48,820 bases of DNA from an uncultured Eubacteriales bacterium (GTDB lineage Bacteria > Bacillota > Clostridia > Peptostreptococcales > Anaerovoracaceae). Below the pieces are notes generated by a model. That model saw only the letters and a program-made list of their open reading frames with translations, was not told where the DNA came from and ran no database searches. How positions within the stretch are numbered: position 1 is the first letter of the stretch; each line of letters begins with the position of its first letter. The DNA lies in contig UQMQ01000001.1 in assembly GCA_900542245.1 (NCBI GenBank), positions 1 through 48,820 on the forward strand, read 5' to 3'. This document shows positions 1 to 9,123 of this stretch, piece by piece. Both the position numbers and the translations under genes were made by a program.

Positions 1-18
1 CATAAATAGCTCTCCTCC
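1..18 (-). other. Start codon and RBS of a divergent gene running off the left edge
   Basis: Minus strand reads GGAGGAGAGCTATTTATG, with ATG at 3..1; divergent from the AraC gene. Confidence 0.65.
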
Positions 19-202
19 AATACATATACTTTTTTGCTCTTTGTTCTCCCGCAGAAAATCTTATCTTTTCCTTTTATTCTTACGTTTCTTTGTTTTCTAA
101 ATATAGATTATCCTAATCCGCAAAATATGTCTATGAATTAGATTGGACAAAATATGCACTAAATGATACAATAATAAAAAGTATGAAAAGAGGTGCCGTC
201 CT

Positions 203-1066
203 ATGTATATGAACGCCGGTTATTTGAACCACTCACATATGGATTTTAAAGACAAAAGTCGTCCACTGATTGTAGGAAGCTGTGGTACTTATCGTCTTTC
301 CAGCCTTCCCAAGCTTCCCACCTACCGTCCAAGAGGACGTCTGGATTATCAGATTATATATATCACTGCTGGTTGTGGACATTTCCATTTTGATAATGTA
401 GATAACGAAACGATTGTTCCTGCCGGTAACTTTGTACTTTACAGACCGAAAGAACTTCAGAAATATGAATATTATGGAGAAGATAAGACAGAAGTATACT
501 GGATTCACTTCACAGGAAGCGATGTGAAAAATATCTTACGCCAATATGGATTTCCAGATAAAGAACGTATCTTTCAAGTTGGTTCATCTAACGAATATGA
601 ACGGATTTTCAAACGTATTATCATCGAGCTCCAACGCTGTCAGGATAATTATGAGGAAATGCTTGTCCTTTTGCTACGCCATCTTTTAATTAGCTTTCAC
701 CGGGAACTGACTAGAGAGCACATATCAAAAAATGAATATCTTGATCGTGAGATGGATATCGCTGTTACCTTTTTCAGTGAAAACTATCATCAGAATATCA
801 ATATTGACGATTATGCTGCCTCACGAGGGATGAGTGTCAGCTGGTTTATCCGAAATTTCAAAAAATTCACTGGTTCCACACCAATGCAATTTATTGTAGG
901 AATCCGAATCACCAATGCTCAGATTTTACTTGAAACAACAACTTATTCCATCAATGAGATTTCTAAGATTGTCGGGTATGATAACCAGCTTTATTTCAGC
1001 CGACTCTTCCACAAGCTAAAAGGATATTCACCTAGAGAATACCAAAAGATAAGAAATAAGTTCTGA
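203..1066 (+). CDS. AraC/XylS-family transcriptional regulator
   Basis: N-terminal cupin-like domain (YWIHFTG) and C-terminal double HTH (FIRNFKKFTG...A.ILL.TT.YSI.EIS..VGY.NQLYFSRLF.K..G.SP.EY); GAGGTG RBS. Confidence 0.95.
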   Translation: MYMNAGYLNHSHMDFKDKSRPLIVGSCGTYRLSSLPKLPTYRPRGRLDYQIIYITAGCGHFHFDNVDNETIVPAGNFVLYRPKELQKYEYYGEDKTEVYWIHFTGSDVKNILRQYGFPDKERIFQVGSSNEYERIFKRIIIELQRCQDNYEEMLVLLLRHLLISFHRELTREHISKNEYLDREMDIAVTFFSENYHQNINIDDYAASRGMSVSWFIRNFKKFTGSTPMQFIVGIRITNAQILLETTTYSINEISKIVGYDNQLYFSRLFHKLKGYSPREYQKIRNKF

Positions 1067-1346
1067 AAACCATAATATTATAAGAATCCAATTTATTTAA
1101 AAAGAGGATTAAAAATGTTACATTCCTAGTTTTCTTATCACAAGTTGGATTATTTAAATAATGTGACATAGGACGCAATTTCCTATGAAACAAAAAGAGA
1201 GATGCCGTAAAGGTATCTCTCCCAAAATCATTACTTCTGATGGCTGATAATCCATTGCAATATAGTCTCAAATCCTATTTTTCCCGCAGCTAAATCAAGA
1301 CTTCCTCCCATCGTTTCGATCAATCTAAATTGACATAGTAATAAAA

Positions 1347-2750
1347 CTATATTCCGTTCATTTTCTTTCTTTCCAGTTTACCCCAGTTCAGTTTGTTCTT
1401 CTTGTATCCCACAAATGCAGTCACACGGACAAATGCCAAATAAAAGCGAAGAAAAGTTGTTTCAAAAAAACAAGCAATAATAGCAAGGATCAATTCTCGA
1501 AAAGAAAGCTTCTGGTCAATGGTATAGATTCTTGAAAAATATGCAGTTAATGTAAGTAAAATACCATACAGGGCATAGCAGGCAAGAAATGCCAGCATAA
1601 ATTTCACATTCAGCATATCCATCATCACAGATAAAACCATTGTAAGTATACCAAAAAGTTCAATAAATGGTGACAATAATTCGTAAAACAGAAAATAAAT
1701 ATAGGATAAAAGTCCTACAGCTCCGTACCGTGGGTTTGCCAGCATTTTACGGTGTCCCCACATACACTGGAACAATCCTCTCTGCCATCTTTTCCGCTGC
1801 TTGCCCAATTCACTTAATTTTTCCGGTGTTTGCGACCAGCAGATGGCATCCTGTGCAAAATCAATCTTATATGACTTACGATTCATGCGGCTGAATTCAT
1901 GAAGTCTGACTACCAGTTCCATATCCTCGCCCATTGTACTGCTGTCATATCCGCCTACGGCAATCACTGTTTTTTTCTCAAATAATCCAAAAGCTCCGGA
2001 TATGATCATGTTTGCATTGATTTTATCCAACAGGATACGTGCTGCCAGAAAAGAACGGTCATATTCCAGGGATTGCATTCTTGCTATTATATTTCTAGGC
2101 AGCCTATATTTTATCACATGACCTTTTTTTATGACAACACCATTGGCTGGACGGACACTTCCACCAACGGCTATTACATCTTCGTCCTCCAGAACCGGAC
2201 GAACGATTTTCTCCAGTGAATCATGCTGTAAAATAGAGTCCGCATCCATACAGATAAACCAAGGATACCTGGCTGCATTGATTCCGGCATTTAGGCTGTC
2301 TGCTTTTCCGCCGTTCTTCTTGCGGATCAAAGTAATGGGTACTTTCTGGTTCGGGCATTCATAAACATCTTCCTCAGGCTGACATTGGATTAGATGACGG
2401 ATCGGGCGCGCCACTCGCTCCATATGAAATGCATCAATCAGGATCTGAGATGTTTTGTCTTTAGAACCATCATCTATCACTATAATTTCATATAGTTTAT
2501 AATCCAGGTTGAGAAGTGAAGTAACTGTGTCCTTCACCGTGACCTCCTCGTTATAAGCCGGAACAAGAATGGAAACCGGTATGTAATAGCTTTGCCACAG
2601 TTTATTGTGCAGCTGTTCAAGGCGGTATGATTTGTGCAGTTCAATTGCTCCTGCTACAACCGACAAAAACAAAAAGCTGGAATATCCAATCAGGTATATA
2701 ATAAAAAACAGATTGATACATTCCAGAAAAAAACGAAATGCATCGGTCAT
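1347..2750 (-). CDS. Processive family-2 glycosyltransferase (PgaC/IcaA/cellulose-synthase-like)
   Basis: PAYNE, DDGSKD, GGKADSLN, DADS, GED and QRKRW (QxxRW) motifs; N- and C-terminal TM helices. Confidence 0.93.
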   Translation of the reverse strand: MTDAFRFFLECINLFFIIYLIGYSSFLFLSVVAGAIELHKSYRLEQLHNKLWQSYYIPVSILVPAYNEEVTVKDTVTSLLNLDYKLYEIIVIDDGSKDKTSQILIDAFHMERVARPIRHLIQCQPEEDVYECPNQKVPITLIRKKNGGKADSLNAGINAARYPWFICMDADSILQHDSLEKIVRPVLEDEDVIAVGGSVRPANGVVIKKGHVIKYRLPRNIIARMQSLEYDRSFLAARILLDKINANMIISGAFGLFEKKTVIAVGGYDSSTMGEDMELVVRLHEFSRMNRKSYKIDFAQDAICWSQTPEKLSELGKQRKRWQRGLFQCMWGHRKMLANPRYGAVGLLSYIYFLFYELLSPFIELFGILTMVLSVMMDMLNVKFMLAFLACYALYGILLTLTAYFSRIYTIDQKLSFRELILAIIACFFETTFLRFYLAFVRVTAFVGYKKNKLNWGKLERKKMNGI

Positions 2751-3838
2751 AAACCCGCCCTCCTTTGTGCTTTTGCTACATCCAACTGGTACTCTAACAT
2801 TTCTTTTGCGTAGCGGTCATTTCCCTGTAAAATATCAGCTAATGCATCCCTATCTGTATTCAGAACTGCAAGGCTTTTTGCAGCATTATGACGGACATAC
2901 CAGTTTTTACTGGAAATCTCTTTTTTCAAAATTTCCAGTGTCTGCGGTCCGGGATACATAGCAAGAGCGGAAATACAGGCATTCTGCAATTCCCAGAATC
3001 CTTCCTTTTCTTCTTCGGCGTGATGAAGCAAAAAAGAAACACTTCTTTCATCCTGATATCTGCCAAAATAGCGGACACATGCGATCTGAATTTCCATATC
3101 CTGGCTTGTTTCCAACATAGACAGCATTTCATCCTTCCAGTTTGACGATGCATATCGAATATAATCCAACAGGTTTACCTGCATCCTTGGATGAAATTCA
3201 CTCATTTTTTTCCAAAGGAGTGGTATCAATTCTTCTTTTTTATCGAAGGAAAGAAGTCCATCTGCAAGTATTTTTTTATGCGGAAGCAGCTGCTCATTTG
3301 CATTCAGAAATTCCAATGCCTGCATAACTGCGTGTATATCTTCTGAACTGTATAACGCCCGCAAAGCATTCTCTCTGCAATAGAGACTTTTATTTCTAAG
3401 CAGGTCAAAAAGAAATGGAAAAACAATTTCCTTAGCCTGGAATTTCGTCATATGAAATATGGCAAATACATAAGCCAAGCAGGCCTTTTCCATATCCGAT
3501 TTTCTTTTATAAACCGGTATCAGTTCTTCCATCAGCCGACTTACAGATGCTATTCCCTGCTGGAATTGTTCCGGCATACTGTTTTCAATTTTATATAATG
3601 CTTCACTGAACGTCAGAAGTCTGCTGGTTGACTGAAGCTCTTTAACCAGCCTTTTTTCCTGCTTTTTATTTTCCGTTATATTATCTAAAAACAGCTGTCT
3701 GTATTCTTCGCAATATCGTTGTTCCCTCCTTTTCAGAACACAGGAACGATATCTTGAAATTATCTCTGTGAAGCAGTTAAACAGAATAATCCCCACACAG
3801 ACAATAAAATAAAAAACAATCACAAATTGTGCTATCAT
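2747..3838 (-). CDS. Membrane-anchored HEAT-repeat protein
   Basis: N-terminal TM; helical repeats such as YCRENALRAL, EIQIACVRYFG and WYVRHNAAKSL; 4-bp overlaps with both neighbours. Confidence 0.85.
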   Translation of the reverse strand: MIAQFVIVFYFIVCVGIILFNCFTEIISRYRSCVLKRREQRYCEEYRQLFLDNITENKKQEKRLVKELQSTSRLLTFSEALYKIENSMPEQFQQGIASVSRLMEELIPVYKRKSDMEKACLAYVFAIFHMTKFQAKEIVFPFLFDLLRNKSLYCRENALRALYSSEDIHAVMQALEFLNANEQLLPHKKILADGLLSFDKKEELIPLLWKKMSEFHPRMQVNLLDYIRYASSNWKDEMLSMLETSQDMEIQIACVRYFGRYQDERSVSFLLHHAEEEKEGFWELQNACISALAMYPGPQTLEILKKEISSKNWYVRHNAAKSLAVLNTDRDALADILQGNDRYAKEMLEYQLDVAKAQRRAGL

Positions 3839-6009
3839 TCGTGTTCCTTTCCTGTCCAGTATGTCTTCAGAACCTGGTATGCTTCTTTTAATCTTTCATG
3901 GTAAGATACTGTATTTTCCCATCCTTTCAGTTTAAGTCGTCCCATCTCGATTGTATTTCCTTCTCTGCCAAGACCTATAAACATCTCTTTGATCCCCACT
4001 GCTTCAATGCCATAATTTCCGTCATAATAATCATCATGAATCTGCATTCGGGACGGATCAGAAAAATTCAGCAGCTGCCATGGGATTCTAATTTCCACAT
4101 CATCTCCGTTACAGATAAAATCTGCCCTGGAATCATAAGCAGATGCAGATGGATTTCCATTACCATAATGCAGCTTTCCACTTTCAAAGGTTCTTAACGG
4201 TGTGGCAGCATCCTGATACTGACCAATAACATCCCGTAATACCATGCAGATATTTTCGAATACAGCGCTATCCCGAGCCGGTGGATCAATATAAGAATCT
4301 TCTCCTGTAATATCTTCCTCATAATTGGCATGAATGGGATTATACCGATCCTGAACCAACAGACGAGTATTATCTTTTCCATTTAAGATCAGTACAAAAT
4401 CTGTAGGTCTTTCAAATTCTGCTGTACAATTTTCCATACGGGTACTGCCTGTTTTAGGGGTCGTATCAACCGGAACATACAGCGTGTCATTTTCCAGATC
4501 AAAGCCCTTTTTATGGAGATATAAATAAACATCGGAGGCATCATACTTCACACTGATGAAAGAGCCGTCTTCATATTGGATCACCATATCCTTATCTGTC
4601 CATTCGGAAGTATCCCCGTCCACGTAACAAACACTTTCTTTTTCCCCACAGTCAAATGCCAGCAAGCCAAAATGCTGGTCATTTGTCTGAGCATCTTCCC
4701 AGTAAATATTACGGCTTAAATCTACAGCATACATGGTATTCCAGGTATGCTTGAACCATTCATCCTGCCAGGAATAGACGCAGCCTCCGGAAAGTCCGGC
4801 AGCCATAATGTCTTCATAACAATCTACCAGAATCTTTCCCTGTTCTTTTTCAGAATAGTATCCAAGTCCTCTGCTGGTCACCTGATTCTCCTGAATCTCA
4901 CCTCGTCCTGTGGCTGCACCAAATTCAACAGCCAAAACCGGCATTGTATGATGTTCGTTTAAAAGTCTTAAATATGCCCGATAAGTATTCCGTTTTCCGT
5001 CAGGAGTGATACAGTCACTAAAGTCAATCTTTTTATCAGACAAACTGTTCCATGTTGTGTATTCCATACAGGAAAGGTAATCCTGATCATATGGAGATGC
5101 ACTGTAGCTGGCAAACTGACCGGATATAAATTTATCAGTTGCAGTTATATGTTCTGCGTCGATCCGGGCACATTTTCGGAAATATTCTGCAATCTCTTTA
5201 GGATAATCAAAGGGATCGGTTGCATTTCCACTGGAAAAGGAGATCAGACGCTGCTCATCATATCTTGTTGATTCATAGTACAGCATCCTGTCACCTGTTT
5301 CTGCAAGCAGGGATTCAAAGGCAGAGGCATCTTTTGAAGCAGTAAGATAGGTTCCTTTATACGGTTCCATATCCGGATATTTCTCATCTGTATATGCAAC
5401 GGTTGTATCTTCCCATCCATTTCCGATAATATATCCCAGCACCCATTTCGAGATATCGTGTAAATAAAGTCCTGTACTTGTATCTGCATCATTATTGATG
5501 ATAAGTCGTTTTCCATGGATCACATCTACAGTGACCAGGCAATTATTCAGAAGCTTTCCTGCAAAGGAGTCGGCATATGCATCCACTCGGGAGTTCTGTA
5601 TATAATCATTTACCCAGATTCCCTGAAGTAAATATAACGGCTCCTCATGTTGGGAATTGTATTCATAGAACGCTTTATAAAAAGATGGATTCTGGACAGA
5701 ATAGACTCTCAGCGTATTTGCTCCTGCTTCCTGGATCTGCTGAAACCAGCGCAGATAGGTTTCTTTGGTGATCGCATAATCGGTAGACCATTCACCTGGA
5801 ATACCGCTTCCCATGTCAATTCCTCTGACTTCAAATGGTTTCCACTTATCTTTGTCCTTTATAAGTATCTCTTTATTCTCAGTCCGGACAAATGCGTTTA
5901 CATGATTGTCCCGGCCTGAGTCTACATAAAATCCGCCATAAAACACAGCTATAAATCCAATAAATACAAGCAGAATGATGGCAGATATACTGATAATAAA
6001 TCGTTTCAT
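3835..6009 (-). CDS. Membrane-anchored extracellular glycoside-hydrolase-like protein (clan GH-A TIM barrel)
   Basis: N-terminal TM; RGIDMG, GANTLRVY, GYIIGNGW, VEFG and VYSWQDEW motifs spaced as in GH-A barrels. Confidence 0.75.
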   Translation of the reverse strand: MKRFIISISAIILLVFIGFIAVFYGGFYVDSGRDNHVNAFVRTENKEILIKDKDKWKPFEVRGIDMGSGIPGEWSTDYAITKETYLRWFQQIQEAGANTLRVYSVQNPSFYKAFYEYNSQHEEPLYLLQGIWVNDYIQNSRVDAYADSFAGKLLNNCLVTVDVIHGKRLIINNDADTSTGLYLHDISKWVLGYIIGNGWEDTTVAYTDEKYPDMEPYKGTYLTASKDASAFESLLAETGDRMLYYESTRYDEQRLISFSSGNATDPFDYPKEIAEYFRKCARIDAEHITATDKFISGQFASYSASPYDQDYLSCMEYTTWNSLSDKKIDFSDCITPDGKRNTYRAYLRLLNEHHTMPVLAVEFGAATGRGEIQENQVTSRGLGYYSEKEQGKILVDCYEDIMAAGLSGGCVYSWQDEWFKHTWNTMYAVDLSRNIYWEDAQTNDQHFGLLAFDCGEKESVCYVDGDTSEWTDKDMVIQYEDGSFISVKYDASDVYLYLHKKGFDLENDTLYVPVDTTPKTGSTRMENCTAEFERPTDFVLILNGKDNTRLLVQDRYNPIHANYEEDITGEDSYIDPPARDSAVFENICMVLRDVIGQYQDAATPLRTFESGKLHYGNGNPSASAYDSRADFICNGDDVEIRIPWQLLNFSDPSRMQIHDDYYDGNYGIEAVGIKEMFIGLGREGNTIEMGRLKLKGWENTVSYHERLKEAYQVLKTYWTGKEHE

Positions 6010-6012
6010 ATT

Positions 6013-7512
6013 TTAATCATTAACCTCATTATACTGCTTTACACGGGAGGCTGCTGAATACTGACGCAGAGTCTCAATGTTTTCATCCAGCCATTTTCCT
6101 CTGTTTCGCAAGTAACCTTTTAACTGTCCTTCAGCGGCAGATCTGCTGTCAAGATTTCTCGATACCGGAACCAGAAGTCCCTTTGCCTGCTGTTCCACAC
6201 TTCCCCATCGTGCATCGTTTCTTGCAAGAGCTGGTGCGATAAAATCAAGGGTTTCATCGATATAACGATAAAGTGATTCCTCACTTAACAGACCTTTTCG
6301 CAAGGAATGATATCGCTGGATGATCCGTTCAGTAAAATCCTCATCTTTGATAAGCATTTCAAACCATAATCGGTTGTTCAGGAAAAATCCTGTATAAGGA
6401 AGTTCCTCCTCGAAATAGTTATTGCAGGCATTATTAAAATCCCATACACACATACGATACAGATTATCGGTTCCCTTATAAATATAAGTGGAATAGTTTC
6501 CGGCATCTGCATTACTGGAAAGCTCATTGATTATAAAGTAATCTACAAAGCTGTCTACATCTATCATAGAAGTGTAGCCATGTTTTTCCCTGTCATAATC
6601 ATATGAATACAGAGTTTTTTCAAAATTTGAAAAATCCTGTCGGATTTCTTCTGTCAGTCTGGCATCCCTGTTCCTGTTTCCGGGATATTCTATCTGCAGC
6701 AGGAAGGGGGTTTTGTAGGTATACGTTGTAAAGCTGTTTAAAGCTTCTTCGCCCGCATGCTGATGATCCAGGCGAAGAAGGTATCCGGAAAATGTGCTGC
6801 GCTTGGCATTTACACGAAGTCCCAGCCTGGCGCCATCTTTTCCGCCGGTTATCATTTCAGTCATTACATATAGACCTTCATATTCACCATTAAGAATTAC
6901 TTCGCAGAATCTTACATTTGGCGCATAAGACATCATTTCTCCGGCAAGATTGTAAAACATATAATTTCGTATGGCTGTTTTATCGAGCCAGGGACCGTAT
7001 AATACCCATTCATGGTGCGCATCCATTCCCATAATGGAAAGCGGATTGTTTTCCCCTTTTTTATCTACAAGTCTGATGGCATAGCTTGGCTTATCAAACT
7101 TTCTTGAGGAATTACCTCTCATTCGTATACGGATTTCAGAAGATACATCTGCCGTTTCATTTGCATGATGGTACTCTTTGCTATCATCCCCAATTATATC
7201 CATCCGAGCAGCAATTGTAGCTTCCCCATCAGTAGCGCATGTATAAATGCGGTTGTTTCCATCATCCTTAATGGGTCTTCCCGGAATTACCATCCCATCT
7301 GTATCAATTTTGACAATCGGAAGATATGTACACAGACCGCCATCCGCAGGATCCGTACATGGTTCCTGGGGAATTTCCTGTTCATGCTGATGAATTCTCT
7401 CTGTTTTTCGGTAGTCCTTATAAGACAATGGCGCAAAAACGGCAATCAGGATAACCGCAAAGCAGCATATAAATCCTATTATTTTATATTTCATATCAGT
7501 TATAAATCTCAT
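6013..7512 (-). CDS. CotH kinase family protein (possible true start at 7494)
   Basis: IRMRGNSS, DKTAIRN, YEGLY..TE, SFVDYFIINE and VWDFN motifs; N-terminal TM/signal. Confidence 0.9.
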   Translation of the reverse strand: MRFITDMKYKIIGFICCFAVILIAVFAPLSYKDYRKTERIHQHEQEIPQEPCTDPADGGLCTYLPIVKIDTDGMVIPGRPIKDDGNNRIYTCATDGEATIAARMDIIGDDSKEYHHANETADVSSEIRIRMRGNSSRKFDKPSYAIRLVDKKGENNPLSIMGMDAHHEWVLYGPWLDKTAIRNYMFYNLAGEMMSYAPNVRFCEVILNGEYEGLYVMTEMITGGKDGARLGLRVNAKRSTFSGYLLRLDHQHAGEEALNSFTTYTYKTPFLLQIEYPGNRNRDARLTEEIRQDFSNFEKTLYSYDYDREKHGYTSMIDVDSFVDYFIINELSSNADAGNYSTYIYKGTDNLYRMCVWDFNNACNNYFEEELPYTGFFLNNRLWFEMLIKDEDFTERIIQRYHSLRKGLLSEESLYRYIDETLDFIAPALARNDARWGSVEQQAKGLLVPVSRNLDSRSAAEGQLKGYLRNRGKWLDENIETLRQYSAASRVKQYNEVND

Positions 7513-8173
7513 CGCTTTGAGCTACAATATTAACACTTTCGATTTGTCCAAGGTTATAGAAATCATCTGTTAAAGCCGGATACTGTTTCTGAACTTTCTC
7601 CAGTATTTTTCTGGATAATTCATAAATGTACTCAGCATTTTCCTCTGTCGTATTTTTTACCCGAAGAACGACACCAGTCCCAAAATAACGAAAGACCTGG
7701 GATTCTATATTTTCACAGCGGCTTCTTTTTGCACGGATGATCAAAAGCATACGGTTATCACTGCGGATTGCTCCCATGATAAGAAAGATAAGAAAAATAG
7801 CAGAACTGCCTACTGCAGCAACCAGATAATCTCCAACTCCACAGCATATTCCCACAATGATCGTCCAGAAAATATATACAGTATCTCTGGAATCTTTTAT
7901 TGCAGTTCGAAAACGCACGATAGATAATGCACCGACCATACCAAGTGACAATGCAATATTGTTTCCTATGACAGTCATAACTGTTCCTGTCATAACCGTC
8001 AGAACGATCAGTGTTACTCCAAATTTTTTGCTGTAAATCGTTCCCTTATGTGAAATCACATATGAAATAAAAATAAACAGACCAATGACAGCACTTACCA
8101 GAATATGCATTATAATTTGCTGCCAGGTCATATCCCCCTGTTGGGCAAGCAGGTTATAAATCGTCTCTTTCAT
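7496..8173 (-). CDS. DUF4956-family membrane protein
   Basis: IGNNIALSLGMVGALSIVRFRTAIKD signature, multiple TMs, soluble C-terminal domain; AAGG RBS. Confidence 0.9.
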   Translation of the reverse strand: MKETIYNLLAQQGDMTWQQIIMHILVSAVIGLFIFISYVISHKGTIYSKKFGVTLIVLTVMTGTVMTVIGNNIALSLGMVGALSIVRFRTAIKDSRDTVYIFWTIIVGICCGVGDYLVAAVGSSAIFLIFLIMGAIRSDNRMLLIIRAKRSRCENIESQVFRYFGTGVVLRVKNTTEENAEYIYELSRKILEKVQKQYPALTDDFYNLGQIESVNIVAQSDEIYN

Positions 8174-8184
8174 TTCCTTTCCTC

Positions 8185-8880
8185 CTAAAACCTGTAGTTA
8201 CAGCCAATTTGTCTTGCCATACAATATTTGCTCACGGAAAGCTCGCTTTTCTGAACGGGCAGAAGCATATGCTTGATATAGCTTAACAAAAAGCCATTGT
8301 ATTTTACTTCCAGCACTACAGCAAAAGGCGACATTACATTGTTTAACACCAGATTTCTATCAAACACATTAAAATTCACTTCATTAGCCCGTATTCCGGA
8401 ATCAAAGGTTATTCGAATAGAGTTTTCTGGCGCGATAAATGCAAATCTGTCATATTCTACAACTGTTTTAGGACGGTATGCCCACATTTCCATAATTGAA
8501 TAACATTCCTGTCCAAACTCACTGCCACTGTTTAAAAGTACAGAATAATCACCCTCAATGAGAGCCTGCGCTTCCTTTCTGGATAATCTTAATGATCGCT
8601 TTCGCTGATATGGTCCCTGCTTCTGCTTCATTTCAAACAGAGCAAAATCCGCATCAGGACTATATACCCGCAAACGAAACTTCCTTCTTAACTCCAGACC
8701 ATCTTCTTTTTCCTGAAAATCCCGATTTGACAAAGAATCAAAGTACAAAGAACGTACCTGGTAACCATCTGGTCCATTATGTAAATCGGTATGAACCACA
8801 TTTGACAGATAATTCCGGAGTTTTAAAGCTTCTGCCTGATTCAGCAGAAATTTCTTTTCTTCCCGCAGTACATCGCGCAC
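8185..8880 (-). CDS. VTC-domain (CYTH-like) polyphosphate polymerase domain protein
   Basis: REEKKF, VRSLYFDS, RKFRLRVY, FEMKQK, YDRFAF, RITFD, VLEVKY and SKYC motifs; GTG start after AGGAGG. Confidence 0.9.
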   Translation of the reverse strand: MRDVLREEKKFLLNQAEALKLRNYLSNVVHTDLHNGPDGYQVRSLYFDSLSNRDFQEKEDGLELRRKFRLRVYSPDADFALFEMKQKQGPYQRKRSLRLSRKEAQALIEGDYSVLLNSGSEFGQECYSIMEMWAYRPKTVVEYDRFAFIAPENSIRITFDSGIRANEVNFNVFDRNLVLNNVMSPFAVVLEVKYNGFLLSYIKHMLLPVQKSELSVSKYCMARQIGCNYRF

Positions 8881-9123
8881 AGTATTATTTCCTCCTGCTT
8901 TTGCCTTTTAGTAAATAGAACTATAGTATACATCCATAAAATTTTTTTGTCTATATCATAGAATATAACTTCATACTATACAATGACCTCTCAGTTACTA
9001 TTCAGGGGTTAGCTGGACTTGAGGACAAAAATTAAATTTCCATGTGTTCCCCGTGATTTTTTGTATTATCACCTGATTACCGTTCCAAACACTATGCTAC
9101 ATCTTCATACAAGCTCAACCATT

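Noticed and set aside
8994..9010. GTTACTATTCAGGGG, reminiscent of repeat or IS ends in gut Clostridia
   Set aside because: Recollection only; no partner repeat or transposase in the window.
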